Assembly: GCA_016861265.1 (NCBI GenBank)
Contig: BOLA01000001.1
Coordinates: 11,569 to 75,568, forward strand
Length of the DNA: 64,000 bases
Source of the DNA: Patescibacteria group bacterium
GTDB lineage: Bacteria > Patescibacteriota > Dojkabacteria > J137
Direction: 5' to 3'
Shown: positions 1 to 9,793 of the stretch, piece after piece
Position numbering within the stretch: the first letter of the stretch is position 1
Layout of the letters: each line of letters opens with the position of its first letter
Position numbers and translations under genes: made by a program
The notes under the pieces: model-generated
Told to the model about the DNA's origin: nothing
The model's database searches: none
What the model saw: the letters and a program-made list of their open reading frames with translations, nothing else

Positions 1-172
1 CAAAAAGATAAATTGTACTTTCTTTATTATACTTTTGTTTTATATACCATTTTATAGTTAATGCCGTACCCATACAGTCGTAGTCTACAGGTGTAGATGC
101 AATAATCAGAATTCTGTCTGATTGGGAAATTTTTGAATCTAGTGCTAGAGCTTTAGCTTTAATATCATCCAT
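1..172 (-). CDS. DHH-family phosphoesterase (NrnA-like), N-terminal 57 aa only; gene runs off window start
   Basis: Minus-strand ATG at rc(170-172) overlaps the TAA of the downstream gene (TAATG). Translation MDDIKAKALALDSKISQSDRILIIASTPVDYDCMGTALTIKWYIKQKYNK resembles NrnA/DHH N-termini (ILIxxHxxPDxDxxGSxxAL pattern). Partial, so tentative. Confidence 0.35.
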   Translation of the reverse strand, partial: MDDIKAKALALDSKISQSDRILIIASTPVDYDCMGTALTIKWYIKQKYNKESTIYLF

Positions 173-711
173 TATTCAACGATAATTGTTTTTTCCTTTG
201 TATAAGACTTTCCGTTAAAGAAGACTGTAACTTTAAGTGTTGTTTGCCCTGCAGACAATTTCTTAATTATAGTGCTAGGGTTTGTGTAGCTTTTTCCTAC
301 TTCATCTTCTGTAGATACTGTCGTTCCGTTACTAATAGTCCAGTAAACATTGAATTTATTAGTGTCATTGGCACCCCAGGCTATTCCACCTAATACTGGT
401 GTTACCGATAATCTATATTCTCTTGGCGTATTTCCGGTTAACTCTGCATTAATACTTAGAATAACTTCTACATCGGCATTTGTTTGTTCAACTTGAACAG
501 GCTGATTAGAAGAATAGTAAACTAAACCTAAGGTTCCAACTGCGAAGGTACTCATTAAAATTACAGCTAATGGCTTACCAAGAAACCCATATCTAGGTCT
601 TAAACTATTGATCTGTTTCTGCTGGTTAATTACTATAACTACAAGTAAAACAATAACTATTATTAAAACAACACCAATTATTGTTATGTAGCTGCTAATG
701 TCTGAATCCAT
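172..711 (-). CDS. hypothetical membrane-anchored/secreted protein (179 aa)
   Basis: ORF track. N-terminal TM helix (IIGVVLIIVIVLLVVIVI) and a second hydrophobic segment. Thr/Asn-rich ectodomain. No recognisable family. Confidence 0.5.
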   Translation of the reverse strand: MDSDISSYITIIGVVLIIVIVLLVVIVINQQKQINSLRPRYGFLGKPLAVILMSTFAVGTLGLVYYSSNQPVQVEQTNADVEVILSINAELTGNTPREYRLSVTPVLGGIAWGANDTNKFNVYWTISNGTTVSTEDEVGKSYTNPSTIIKKLSAGQTTLKVTVFFNGKSYTKEKTIIVE

Positions 712-770
712 TTATATCGCGTAATGTGTACTTTTTTTAGTATAGCGTAAAATTAACAGAAGTTTAAATA

Positions 771-1241
771 TTAACTATTCCCTAAACAAAATTTTGCAAT
801 ATTATTGCGTTTAAAATAGTCTTTAAGAACCAATGAACCTAGGAATAATGAGAATTTTTCTTCATTGAAATGATATTTTATTCTAACGTTATCATGAATA
901 GTTTTGTTAAGCTTATCTAGATATTCTTCCCATTTCTTAAATTCTATATCCTGTTCTTCTGAGTTATTCTTCAAGTTAAACCAAGGAAATTTCTTATCAG
1001 CAATTTTTCTATTTTCTGTAACCAATCTTGTATAAGATGAAGACAGCTTTAATAGTTTTACGAAGGGAAAAGTATTTATATAAATAAAAAATGTCAAAAA
1101 TCCCAAGATAATCGCAACAAGAATAATTTGATATTGTGTTAAAACAATCTTATTAGCTTCTAATACTGGTGATATTAATACTAATTCTACTGAACCGACT
1201 AGAAAACATTTAAGACTTGTTGTATTAAATTTAAGGACCAT
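771..1241 (-). CDS. hypothetical membrane protein (156 aa)
   Basis: ORF track. Two predicted TM segments near the N-terminus. Codirectional and tightly spaced with neighbours. Confidence 0.45.
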   Translation of the reverse strand: MVLKFNTTSLKCFLVGSVELVLISPVLEANKIVLTQYQIILVAIILGFLTFFIYINTFPFVKLLKLSSSYTRLVTENRKIADKKFPWFNLKNNSEEQDIEFKKWEEYLDKLNKTIHDNVRIKYHFNEEKFSLFLGSLVLKDYFKRNNIAKFCLGNS

Positions 1242-1245
1242 ATAT

Positions 1246-1986
1246 TTATGATTGTTTTTTTAGCTTTTTTACTTCTGCAGCTGTTAAGTACCGCCACTGA
1301 CCAACTTTAATTCCATCCTTGGTTAAATCGGCAAATTTAACTCTATCTAACTTTTGTACAACATAGCCTACATGCTCAAATATTCTTCTTACTATTCTAT
1401 TTCTTCCACTGTGGATTTGAATAGAAACTATTGCCTTATTGTTTCTATCTACATAATTTAATTTATCAGGAGTAATCGTACAGTCTTCAAGTCTAACTCC
1501 GCCTAAGATTTTGTTAAATTTTTCTTCTGTTAGAGGTTTGTTTAAAATAGCAACATAAGTTTTCCTAACCTCGTATTTGGGGTGAGCTAATCTTTGGGTT
1601 AAATCACCATCGTTTGTTAGTAGCAGTACTCCCGTAGTTTCGTAGTCTAGTCTTCCTACAGGGTAGACCTTTTCCTTTGTAGCTTTTTTTATTAAATCGG
1701 TCACTTTCTTTCGCTTTTCAGGATCGTTTGTAGTAGTAATAACGTTAACAGGCTTGTTCAAAAGAATGTAAACATGCTCTGTTTTAGGTCTCATAGCTCT
1801 GCCGTTTACTGCAACTCTATCGGTGGTTTCCACCCTAACGCCTGGCTCTGTAATCTTAATTCCATTTACCGTTACTCTGCCCTGTTTTACTAGTTCTGCT
1901 GCATCTCTTCTTGAACAGTATCCGGAGTGAGAAATAAACTTATTTAAAGGCATTCCATCTAATTTTGTTTCTGCTATTTTGTTCAT
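1246..1986 (-). CDS. pseudouridine synthase, RsuA/RluB family (S4 domain + PseudoU_synth_2)
   Basis: 246 aa. N-terminal S4 RNA-binding motif (LNKFISHSGYCSRRDAAELVKQGRVTVNG). Catalytic region (PVGRLDYETTGVLLLTNDGDL) has the RLD...G motif with catalytic Asp. Confidence 0.85.
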   Translation of the reverse strand: MNKIAETKLDGMPLNKFISHSGYCSRRDAAELVKQGRVTVNGIKITEPGVRVETTDRVAVNGRAMRPKTEHVYILLNKPVNVITTTNDPEKRKKVTDLIKKATKEKVYPVGRLDYETTGVLLLTNDGDLTQRLAHPKYEVRKTYVAILNKPLTEEKFNKILGGVRLEDCTITPDKLNYVDRNNKAIVSIQIHSGRNRIVRRIFEHVGYVVQKLDRVKFADLTKDGIKVGQWRYLTAAEVKKLKKQS

Positions 1987-2420
1987 TATTTTAAAGATTC
2001 CTTATAATCAATAAGAATTTTAAGGGACATTGGTGTTAGTTTGTTAGGTTCATTTAATATATTGTCTAACCTATCAAATACTATAGAGCTTCCTTCGTGC
2101 AGCACAAGTTTTCTGTCATCAATGTCTTTAATTATGTAAATATGTATAGTTTTATCTCGACCATCTTTGTCTAGTGTAAGTTTGTAGGTTTTGAAAAATT
2201 CAACCTGAGCACCCTTAAATACAAGTTCAAGTTCTTCAAATAATTCTCTTCTTAATCCACTCCACTTAGTTTCACCTTGCTTTAATGAACCCCCAAATAG
2301 TCCTATTTTCCCTGGAGAAAGTATATTAGGATTATTGTCTCTTTGTTGGAGAATCAATTCGTTATATCTAGAAAGTAGAATAGCGTTTACAGCTTCTTTT
2401 GTTTCTTCAGCTTCGATCAT
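1986..2420 (-). CDS. NUDIX hydrolase
   Basis: 144 aa. Nudix box GGSLKQGETKWSGLRRELFEELEL fits Gx5Ex7REUxEExGU. One-base overlap with upstream start. Confidence 0.8.
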   Translation of the reverse strand: MIEAEETKEAVNAILLSRYNELILQQRDNNPNILSPGKIGLFGGSLKQGETKWSGLRRELFEELELVFKGAQVEFFKTYKLTLDKDGRDKTIHIYIIKDIDDRKLVLHEGSSIVFDRLDNILNEPNKLTPMSLKILIDYKESLK

Positions 2421-2428
2421 ATTTAAAA

Positions 2429-2499
2429 TGGAGATAAGGAGAATCGAACTCCTGCCCCACCCATGCCATGGGTGTATTCTACCGCTGAACTATATCCCC
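2429..2499 (-). tRNA. tRNA-Ala (anticodon GGC)
   Basis: rc is GGGGATATAGTTCAGCGGTAGAATACACCCATGGCATGGGTGGGGCAGGAGTTCGATTCTCCTTATCTCCA. It folds as a cloverleaf with a 7-bp acceptor stem carrying G3:U70 (the Ala identity element). Anticodon stem is CACCC/GGGTG, loop ATGGCAT, anticodon GGC. T-arm is AGGAG-TTCGATT-CTCCT. CCA is not encoded. Confidence 0.85.
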
Positions 2500-2517
2500 T
2501 TAAAATTAATATAGAGA

Positions 2518-2523
2518 TTATAA
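2518..2523 (-). promoter_or_regulatory. candidate -10 box (TATAAT) about 18 nt upstream of tRNA-Ala
   Basis: The minus strand reads ...AAAAGCCTAAAAAGCCTTATAATCTCTATATTAATTTTAAG then the tRNA. Perfect TATAAT hexamer. The -35 is unclear because the background is AT-rich. Confidence 0.3.
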
Positions 2524-2549
2524 GGCTTTTTAGGCTTTTATTATAGAGA

Positions 2550-3197
2550 TTACTTAAAGTTTATTGATTTAACAAAATCCTCGAATTTTGTTACTGCTGC
2601 CATATTACCTTGTTTTTCAGCAATTGGGAAAATGCCCGATCCAACACATACCCCACTCTTAATACAGCCATAAACCTGTGTAGTTAAGGCCTGATCTGCT
2701 AATATGTCGCCATTCTCGTTAACTACATTTAAATAGGAGTATTTTAAAGAAACAGTTCCTGAAGCTCCATCAATTTGCTTAATCTCAGTATTTGAAGTTG
2801 TTATACCTACATCGGCAATAGGTTCAAATGAAGTAGATAAGTAATAAGTATCTTGTCCATCAGTAATTGCGTTTATTATGCATGCAGACGTAGATGAATT
2901 AACATCACCGCATTTAATGCCAGAGACCGACTTTGTTTGCATGATTGTATTCACAATATAACTATCGTTAAATGTTAATACCGAATCGGAGAGCTTAACT
3001 TCCTTTAGATTCTCTACAGGAAAAACGGTAATTCCTGCAGCTTCGGATGATTCCGGATAAGAAGCCGTATTAGTATCAAAGTTTAAATTGTTGGAGTTAC
3101 CCTTTTGAGTTAAAAGATATATAACTCCTAAAATAATAACCAGTAATATTACTACTGGAATTCCTATCTTTTTTATATTTATTAAATTTGTATTCAT
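2550..3197 (-). CDS. hypothetical secreted/membrane-anchored protein (215 aa)
   Basis: N-terminal TM/signal segment (IGIPVVILLVIILGVIYLL). Ser/Thr-rich ectodomain with several Cys. No family recognised. Confidence 0.5.
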   Translation of the reverse strand: MNTNLINIKKIGIPVVILLVIILGVIYLLTQKGNSNNLNFDTNTASYPESSEAAGITVFPVENLKEVKLSDSVLTFNDSYIVNTIMQTKSVSGIKCGDVNSSTSACIINAITDGQDTYYLSTSFEPIADVGITTSNTEIKQIDGASGTVSLKYSYLNVVNENGDILADQALTTQVYGCIKSGVCVGSGIFPIAEKQGNMAAVTKFEDFVKSINFK

Positions 3198-3258
3198 ATT
3201 TAAAGTATATTTAATTTAACAAATCATGTAAATAAATCTTAATGATATACTAGCGTAT

Positions 3259-3777
3259 ATGGAAAGTTTTACAATAGCTGAAGCCAATATAAATGATTTT
3301 AACTCTGTTAAGAATCTAATGTTAAAGGCTCTACAAACTGATCCCACTGCTTTTAGTTCTGACCATTCGGATTATGCTAACAATTCAGATTCATGGTGGC
3401 AAAACTATTTGTATGGTTATTTAAATCAGTTTTACTCAAAATTATTTTTAGCAAAACAGGATAATAAAGTAATTGGTATGGTGGGCATTCTATTGGATAG
3501 CAAGAATAGAAGGAAACATGTTGCATCCGTAGTATGGTTTTATATAGATCCTGAATATAGAAAATTCGGATTGGGGCGAGAATTATTAAAGAATCTAATT
3601 GAATTTGCTAAGACAAATAAAGCTATAAAAAAACTAACTTTACTGGTTAACGCACCACAACACAAGGCAATAGCAATATATAAAGAGTTCGGATTTAGCA
3701 TTTCTGGTACTTTGCAGAAGGAATTATTAATTAATAATGAATTTATTGATGAATATATTATGGAATTGTTTTTATGA
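3259..3777 (+). CDS. GNAT family N-acetyltransferase
   Basis: 172 aa. Acetyl-CoA binding motif A region (VASVVWFYIDPEYRKFGLGRELLKNLIEFAK) fits the GNAT R/QxxGxG/A pattern. Stop overlaps the next start (ATGA). Confidence 0.75.
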   Translation: MESFTIAEANINDFNSVKNLMLKALQTDPTAFSSDHSDYANNSDSWWQNYLYGYLNQFYSKLFLAKQDNKVIGMVGILLDSKNRRKHVASVVWFYIDPEYRKFGLGRELLKNLIEFAKTNKAIKKLTLLVNAPQHKAIAIYKEFGFSISGTLQKELLINNEFIDEYIMELFL

Positions 3778-4709
3778 ACAAGACGATTGGCGATAGATTA
3801 AAAGAAAAAAGACTTAAACTTGGTTATTCAATTGAAAAAGTCTCTAATGAACTGAAGATTAGACCTGAATTTATAAAAGCATTGGAATCAGATAATTATT
3901 CGGTTTTCTCATCAGATTTATATGCCAAGGGATTTATTAAGAATTATTCCAAATACTTAGAATTAGACCCTGAAAACTTTAGTGCAGTATATAGAAGGGA
4001 CATACAAAGTAATAAACTCCAAGTAAAGAAGTTTAATAATACTAATAGCACTGAAAATGTAAAAAAAACATTTTCCTTTAGCAGACGCAATTTTAAGTTT
4101 GTACTATTATTTTGCTTTATTCTAGTTGTCGGGGTTATAGTTTTATCCATCCTGAATAAAACCTTTGAGCCTCCCGTACTGGAGCTGACTTCGCCAGTAA
4201 CATTAAGTGCCGGGACTACTACATCTTCCGATTATTACGATAAAACTGTTAGACTCATTGGATTAACTTCAACGAATACAGTTATAAAGGTCAATGGCGT
4301 AGTTTTACCTACAAAAACAGATAATACATTTGAGAGTGAGTTATATGCGGTAACTCAAGAATCAAATAAATTTGTAATTGAGGCGATTAGTAATGTGAAT
4401 GTTATTAGCAGAATAGACTTAACCCTAAATAAAAGAAATTCATTTATTGAAGAGAGTCAGGGCATTACAGGAGCTATTCAAATAATTAAGGACAATTCCT
4501 TAATTAAAGTTATTGTTGACGACAAAGAAGTTGTTAATGGTATTTATTTTGAAAATGACTCTATTCCCATTATTGGCGAAACTAATGTAAGCATACAGGC
4601 AGATAAACCTGACAATATAAAAATAGTTTTAAATGGTGAGGAATTTAAAATTACAGAACAAATTTTAAAAATTGGACTTACTAATGGTAGACTAATAGAA
4701 GTAAATTAG
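3774..4709 (+). CDS. RodZ-like protein (XRE-type HTH + single TM + extracytoplasmic domain)
   Basis: N-terminus GDRLKEKRLKLGYSIEKVSNELKIRPEFIKALESDNYSVFSSDLYAKGFIKNYSKYLELD matches the RodZ HTH_25 signature. It is followed by a basic stretch and a TM helix (FVLLFCFILVVGVIVLSIL). Confidence 0.65.
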   Translation: MNKTIGDRLKEKRLKLGYSIEKVSNELKIRPEFIKALESDNYSVFSSDLYAKGFIKNYSKYLELDPENFSAVYRRDIQSNKLQVKKFNNTNSTENVKKTFSFSRRNFKFVLLFCFILVVGVIVLSILNKTFEPPVLELTSPVTLSAGTTTSSDYYDKTVRLIGLTSTNTVIKVNGVVLPTKTDNTFESELYAVTQESNKFVIEAISNVNVISRIDLTLNKRNSFIEESQGITGAIQIIKDNSLIKVIVDDKEVVNGIYFENDSIPIIGETNVSIQADKPDNIKIVLNGEEFKITEQILKIGLTNGRLIEVN

Positions 4710-4725
4710 CTTTTAAATTTTCCAT

Positions 4726-5823
4726 ATGAGTGTAATTCTTGACGAATTCTACGTACCTCAAGATTTGAGTATTCTTGACGTTTTAAAAGAAAGTCCAGAC
4801 GCCAGGGAAATTTATCAGCTAACTTTGAGAGATTTCCTGGAAGATATTAGATCGATATTAGAATTAATTAGATCTCCAATTGAGGAAATTTCAATTAAGT
4901 TTGAAGATGTAAAAAGGTACTTAGAAACTCAAGATCCTACACTTGCTAATAGTACAGGAGAATTTCAACAATTAGTTTCAAAGAAAAAAAATGAACTCGA
5001 ACCTATTTTTGACAGATTATCTCAGAATTCTGTTAGAAGCTTTTCTGGATATAATTTGAACCGTGATCAAGAGATCAAATTAAGAAATTATTTATCAAGC
5101 TTTAGGAGCAGAATGGTATCGATGATAACTCATAGACTAAGAACACCTTATGCTGTATTAGGAACAAGTTCATACCTAATTGACAAAATATTAAGCTTGC
5201 AGCCAGATAACTTTAATGACTCAAGGCTTATGGGCAAGACCCAAGTGATTAGTTCGGCGCTTGGTGAATATCAAGAAATATTTGTTGAAATTGAAAAGTT
5301 TTACAATATTTGTTTTGGATTAGATAGAAATAGTGTAAATGTAGAATGGGTTCCATCTGAAAATTTACCTTACTTATTTCTAGATTTACTTGACGAGCCA
5401 ACTTTCCAAGGTTTGAACCTATCGGTTAACAACGAAAGTGAGGCTACAGGTATTAAAATTGATGTAGAGCATATTAAAGAAGCAGTAAGACAAATACTAA
5501 TTAACTCAATTGATTTTTCTAATAGAGGTTCCGATTTAGCAATCTTAGTTAATATAAGAACAGTAAATCAGGAACAAAAAAGATTAGTTATCGAAATTAC
5601 GGACAATGGGGCAGGTATAAAACCCCAAGAATTACAAAATGTCTTTGAGCCATTTTATACACAAGATATGGTAGGTATAGATTTTGCAAATCTACCGGGT
5701 ACAGGTTGTGGTCTAGGACTATCAATTGCTAAAGGGTTAGTAGAAAGGTATGGAGAGATAGGTATTTCAAGTGTTCTAAATCAAGGAACAACTGTTGTAT
5801 TAGATTTTAAAGCTAGGGACTAG
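4726..5823 (+). CDS. cytoplasmic sensor histidine kinase-like protein (HisKA + HATPase_c), no TM
   Basis: H-box-like MITHRLRTPYAVL. G1 box ITDNGAGI. G2 box GTGCGLGLSIAKG. No hydrophobic segments. Stop TAG abuts the dnaE ATG (TAGATG). Confidence 0.7.
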   Translation: MSVILDEFYVPQDLSILDVLKESPDAREIYQLTLRDFLEDIRSILELIRSPIEEISIKFEDVKRYLETQDPTLANSTGEFQQLVSKKKNELEPIFDRLSQNSVRSFSGYNLNRDQEIKLRNYLSSFRSRMVSMITHRLRTPYAVLGTSSYLIDKILSLQPDNFNDSRLMGKTQVISSALGEYQEIFVEIEKFYNICFGLDRNSVNVEWVPSENLPYLFLDLLDEPTFQGLNLSVNNESEATGIKIDVEHIKEAVRQILINSIDFSNRGSDLAILVNIRTVNQEQKRLVIEITDNGAGIKPQELQNVFEPFYTQDMVGIDFANLPGTGCGLGLSIAKGLVERYGEIGISSVLNQGTTVVLDFKARD

Positions 5824-8800
5824 ATGTCATTCACACATTTACATGTTCACACAGAATATTCTTTACTAGACGGAGTTAACAAAATTCCTAAACTTTACGA
5901 ACGCGTAAAGGAACTGGGCATGAATTCCATAGCTATTTCTGACCATGGAGTAATGTATGGAGTTGCTGAATTCTGGAAAAAATCCAAGGAATACGAAGTA
6001 AAACCCATCATAGGCTGCGAAATTTATGTAGCTCCTACTTCTAGAGAATTAAAAGAAGCTGTTAATGGTGTTAAGTATTATCACTTATTACTTCTTGCAA
6101 AAAACTTTCAAGGGTATCAGAACCTATTAAAAATTGTAAGTATTGGCCAACTTGAGGGTATGTACTACAAGCCTAGGGTTGATAAGGAAACTCTTCAAAA
6201 ATATTCTGAAGGATTAGTTTGTACTTCAGCTTGCATGGCAGGCCCCCTATCTAGGCATATTTTAAGAAAAGAGTACGATAAGGCTGATGAATGGCTTAAG
6301 TTCTTAAAGGGTACATTTAATGAAAACTTTTATATAGAACTACAAAGACATGGTTACGATGGAAGTGATGCATTTACAGATGGATTTTCTGAAGGTTTTA
6401 TTCACGATACCTTAGATTCTGCAAGTGGCGAGGAATCTATAGATAACATTAACTTACAGAAATTTTCTAATATAAAACTTAGAGAATTTGCTGATAAATA
6501 TAAAATTCCATTGGTAGCTACAACAGATGCTCACTATTTAAAAAAGGAAGATAAAGACGTACAAACCGTTTTATTTGCAGTTAAAGATGGCAAATTGATT
6601 GATGAACCAGACTGCAGACACGGTTACGAAGGCACGTACTTGTTGTCCCCGGAAGAAATGGAGGTTAAATTTTCCGATTGTAAGGAAGCCTTGGACAATA
6701 CCCAAAGAATTGACGAGCAAATTGAACCATTTTCAATAACATTCGATAGAATTCAACCAAGATTCTGGAATGTTCCAGAAGGAGAAACGGCAGGTAGTGA
6801 ATTAAAACGACAAACTTTTGAAGGTGCACTAAGAAAATATAAAAAATTAGATAAGGTTGATCCAACTAAGTACCAATCAATTCAAAAAGATTTAAAGAAG
6901 AATGACTATAACAGCACTAAGAATACACTGGGAGACGAACTATTCGATAGAATTCAATACGAACTGGAAGTTATTCATGATAAAGGCTACGATGACTACT
7001 TTTTAGTGGTATCTGATATTATGAAGTTTGCCGCAAGATCAGGAATTCTTATGGGTGTTAGGGGATCTGTTGCTGGTTCTGCTGCTGCTCATTGCTTAGA
7101 CATTGTGGAAGTAGATCCTATTAAGTGGGAACTTTATTTCGAAAGATTTCTAAATCCTGAAAGACCTTCCCCTCCTGACATAGACATGGACATTCAAGAC
7201 GACCGAAGAGACGAAATTATTAGGTATGTTGAAGAAAAATACGGAAAGGATGCTGTAGCTGCGATTATTGCAATTGGTAGACTAAAGACTAAGGCAGCAA
7301 TAAGAGACGTAGCAAGAGTAATGGGAATTGACCTAAAGGTAGCGGACCGATTATCAAAAATGGTTCATGTTTTGTTTGGTAAGGTATATACAATCGACAA
7401 AATGATGAAGGAAGATGAAGAGTTTAAAAAGTTGGTAGAATCAGACCCCAAGCTAATGGAACTTTCTAAAGTTGTTCAAAAAATTGAAAACATGGCAAGA
7501 CATTCCAGTGTACATGCTTGTGGTCACTTAATTACTCCGGGACCAATTGTTAATTATGCCCCACTTCAATTGGAATCGGGTGGTGGAGGCAGAACAGTTG
7601 TTCAATTCGAAGGTCCATGGCTTGAAGAGCTGGGTTTAATGAAGTTCGATTTTTTAGGATTAAGGACTTTAACTATAGTAAAAAGAACAATTGAAATTAT
7701 TCAAAAAAAATATGGTGTAAATATTGATTTTTATAACATACCAGAAACTGATAAAAAAACATTCGAATTATTTTCAAGAGGCGAGACAATTGGAGTATTT
7801 CAGTTTGAGTCTCCCCCAATGCAACAATACTTGAAGGAATTAAAACCATCGACTCAGGAAGATATCTGCTTCATGGTTGCGGCCTATAGACCAGGAGCCA
7901 TGAAGTACATCCCAGACTACATTAAAGTTAAGAACGGGCAAAAGGAACCTACTTTTTTAATTCCAGAGCTAGAACCGATATTAGGAGTTACGAATGGCTA
8001 CATGGTTTACCAGGAGCAATTAATGAGGTTATCTGTTGATATAGCCGGCTATAATATGGGACAAGCGGATTCGTTAAGAAAAGCTGTAGGTAAAAAGAAA
8101 CTAGATGTAATGCAGAAGGAAGAACCTAAGCTTAAGGAAGGAGTTTTGGTTAAGGGTTATTCTCAAGAAATTGCTGATAAATTATGGGAAATGCTCTTAC
8201 CGTTTGCCGATTATGGATTTAACAAGGCTCATGCAGCAGGTTATGCAGTATTGGCGTATAAATGTGCTTACTTGAAGGCACACTACCCTTTAGAATTTAT
8301 TACTGCATTAATTCATTCAGATTTGCAAAATCTAGATAGAGTTACAATTGATATTCAAGAAGCAAGAAGAATGGGATACGAGGTCTTATCACCAAGCATT
8401 AATAAATCAGATATTTATTTTATACCTGAAGGTGAAAGCTCAATTAGATTTGGAATAGGAGCTATAAAGAATGTAGGTGTAAAGGTATGTGAACAGATTA
8501 TTAACGAAAGAATAAACGGAGAGTTTCTTAATTTAGATGATCTTGTTTTTAGAGTTGGTACAGAGTTTATAAATAAAAGAGCGTTAGAAGCACTAATTAA
8601 GTCTGGGGCTCTAGATGAGTTTGGTGATAGGAACGCTCTATTAAAAGTAATGCCAGAAGTGTTAGCGAAGGCAAACGTTAAGGTGAAGAAAAGAGATGAG
8701 AACCAAACTGACCTTTTTGGGGATATACTAGACGAAATAGTTCAACCTCAGAAAATGTATTTTGATGCTACCATTTTACCTCAGGTGGAACCTGCAACTG

Positions 8801-9405
8801 ATCACGACAAAATGAACTGGGAAAAGGAATATATGGGTTTGTTTATTTCTACTCATCCATTACATAAATTCGGTTGGGTTGAAATATTCCCAGACTATGT
8901 TTCTGCTAGCAAGATAGACGAAACAAAACCCGGAAAAAATGTGAAAATGCTTTGCATGCTTACTTCTTTTAAGTTTGTTTATACTAAAAAAGATAACTCA
9001 AAAATGGCCATTCTAACTCTTGAAGATATGACCGGTAAAGTTGATGCTGTTATGTTTCCGAGAACATTCGAAAATTATAAACAATATTTAAACGAATCTT
9101 CTCCACTAATTTTACGAGGTTTAATTAACGAAAGGGATGATAGAAAATCGATAATTATTAATAGTATTGAACACGCAAACATATTATCCGAACCAAAGAA
9201 AATAACTGTAGACATAAGGGGAGTGACAGATAAAGATGAGTTGGCCTGTCTTAAAGATGTATTGGGTGCTGATAAAAATGAAGAAACTGCCGAAGTTAAA
9301 ATAATTTATGGAACAAAGAGTGAGAGTAAAACTTTTATTAAATATACAAATCTAAAAGAACAGAAAAATCGTGACTGTTTAAAAAAATGGGTTATAATCG
9401 AATAA
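5824..9405 (+). CDS. dnaE: DNA polymerase III alpha subunit
   Basis: 1193 aa. N-terminal PHP domain (MSFTHLHVHTEYSLLDG). Palm/fingers motifs (GYNMGQADSLRKAVGKKK; FADYGFNKAHAAGYAVLAY). C-terminal OB region. Confidence 0.95.
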   Translation: MSFTHLHVHTEYSLLDGVNKIPKLYERVKELGMNSIAISDHGVMYGVAEFWKKSKEYEVKPIIGCEIYVAPTSRELKEAVNGVKYYHLLLLAKNFQGYQNLLKIVSIGQLEGMYYKPRVDKETLQKYSEGLVCTSACMAGPLSRHILRKEYDKADEWLKFLKGTFNENFYIELQRHGYDGSDAFTDGFSEGFIHDTLDSASGEESIDNINLQKFSNIKLREFADKYKIPLVATTDAHYLKKEDKDVQTVLFAVKDGKLIDEPDCRHGYEGTYLLSPEEMEVKFSDCKEALDNTQRIDEQIEPFSITFDRIQPRFWNVPEGETAGSELKRQTFEGALRKYKKLDKVDPTKYQSIQKDLKKNDYNSTKNTLGDELFDRIQYELEVIHDKGYDDYFLVVSDIMKFAARSGILMGVRGSVAGSAAAHCLDIVEVDPIKWELYFERFLNPERPSPPDIDMDIQDDRRDEIIRYVEEKYGKDAVAAIIAIGRLKTKAAIRDVARVMGIDLKVADRLSKMVHVLFGKVYTIDKMMKEDEEFKKLVESDPKLMELSKVVQKIENMARHSSVHACGHLITPGPIVNYAPLQLESGGGGRTVVQFEGPWLEELGLMKFDFLGLRTLTIVKRTIEIIQKKYGVNIDFYNIPETDKKTFELFSRGETIGVFQFESPPMQQYLKELKPSTQEDICFMVAAYRPGAMKYIPDYIKVKNGQKEPTFLIPELEPILGVTNGYMVYQEQLMRLSVDIAGYNMGQADSLRKAVGKKKLDVMQKEEPKLKEGVLVKGYSQEIADKLWEMLLPFADYGFNKAHAAGYAVLAYKCAYLKAHYPLEFITALIHSDLQNLDRVTIDIQEARRMGYEVLSPSINKSDIYFIPEGESSIRFGIGAIKNVGVKVCEQIINERINGEFLNLDDLVFRVGTEFINKRALEALIKSGALDEFGDRNALLKVMPEVLAKANVKVKKRDENQTDLFGDILDEIVQPQKMYFDATILPQVEPATDHDKMNWEKEYMGLFISTHPLHKFGWVEIFPDYVSASKIDETKPGKNVKMLCMLTSFKFVYTKKDNSKMAILTLEDMTGKVDAVMFPRTFENYKQYLNESSPLILRGLINERDDRKSIIINSIEHANILSEPKKITVDIRGVTDKDELACLKDVLGADKNEETAEVKIIYGTKSESKTFIKYTNLKEQKNRDCLKKWVIIE

Positions 9406-9777
9406 ATGAATAACGGAGATATTCTAAAATTTACTCCTGAAAATTCTGAAAACATTTCGGAAAAAATAACTCTCCTAGCTGAAAAATACAGCAAGCAAAT
9501 TACACAAATATTAAACCCAGAAATTAGAAGAATATTCACATTCTTTATAAGCGATCTAAAAATGGCAGGTATTCTATTAGAATCTGGAGAACCCATTACA
9601 TACAAAGATTACATAAGAATTAAGGGTGATTGTTCAATGTTCTACGATCATCTGTCTGCCGAAGATACTGCTATAGTTGACCAAATTATTATTGCATTAG
9701 GTAAACTGCCAATTATTGATTTTAACTTAAGATCTTTGGATCAAACAGAAGATAAACAAGATTCAGTAGCTGCATAA
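9406..9777 (+). CDS. hypothetical protein (123 aa)
   Basis: ORF track. Starts 1 nt after the dnaE stop, so likely co-transcribed. No recognisable motif. Confidence 0.5.
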   Translation: MNNGDILKFTPENSENISEKITLLAEKYSKQITQILNPEIRRIFTFFISDLKMAGILLESGEPITYKDYIRIKGDCSMFYDHLSAEDTAIVDQIIIALGKLPIIDFNLRSLDQTEDKQDSVAA

Positions 9778-9793
9778 TTATTAATCGTATTAT

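Noticed and set aside
3944-4150. Short antisense ORFs embedded in well-supported genes: 3944..4150, 6665..6865, 9306..9605, 10607..10879, 13552..13773, 14083..14373, 14873..15109, 15845..16150, 18983..19210, 23446..23634, 23644..23865, 26748..27116, 29644..29844, 31037..31246, 34968..35159, 36693..36911, 41429..41671, 41672..41911, 42572..42796, 43337..43585, 43682..43921, 45938..46216, 46761..46979, 49443..49625, 50556..50774, 51992..52237, 53536..53790, 53813..54037, 54029..54223, 55786..56034, 59468..59674, 60070..60267, 62233..62436, 63213..63476
   Set aside because: Each lies wholly inside, and mostly antisense to, a longer ORF with clear family signatures. Their compositions are low-complexity or skewed. 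In an AT-rich genome such shadow ORFs are expected by chance.
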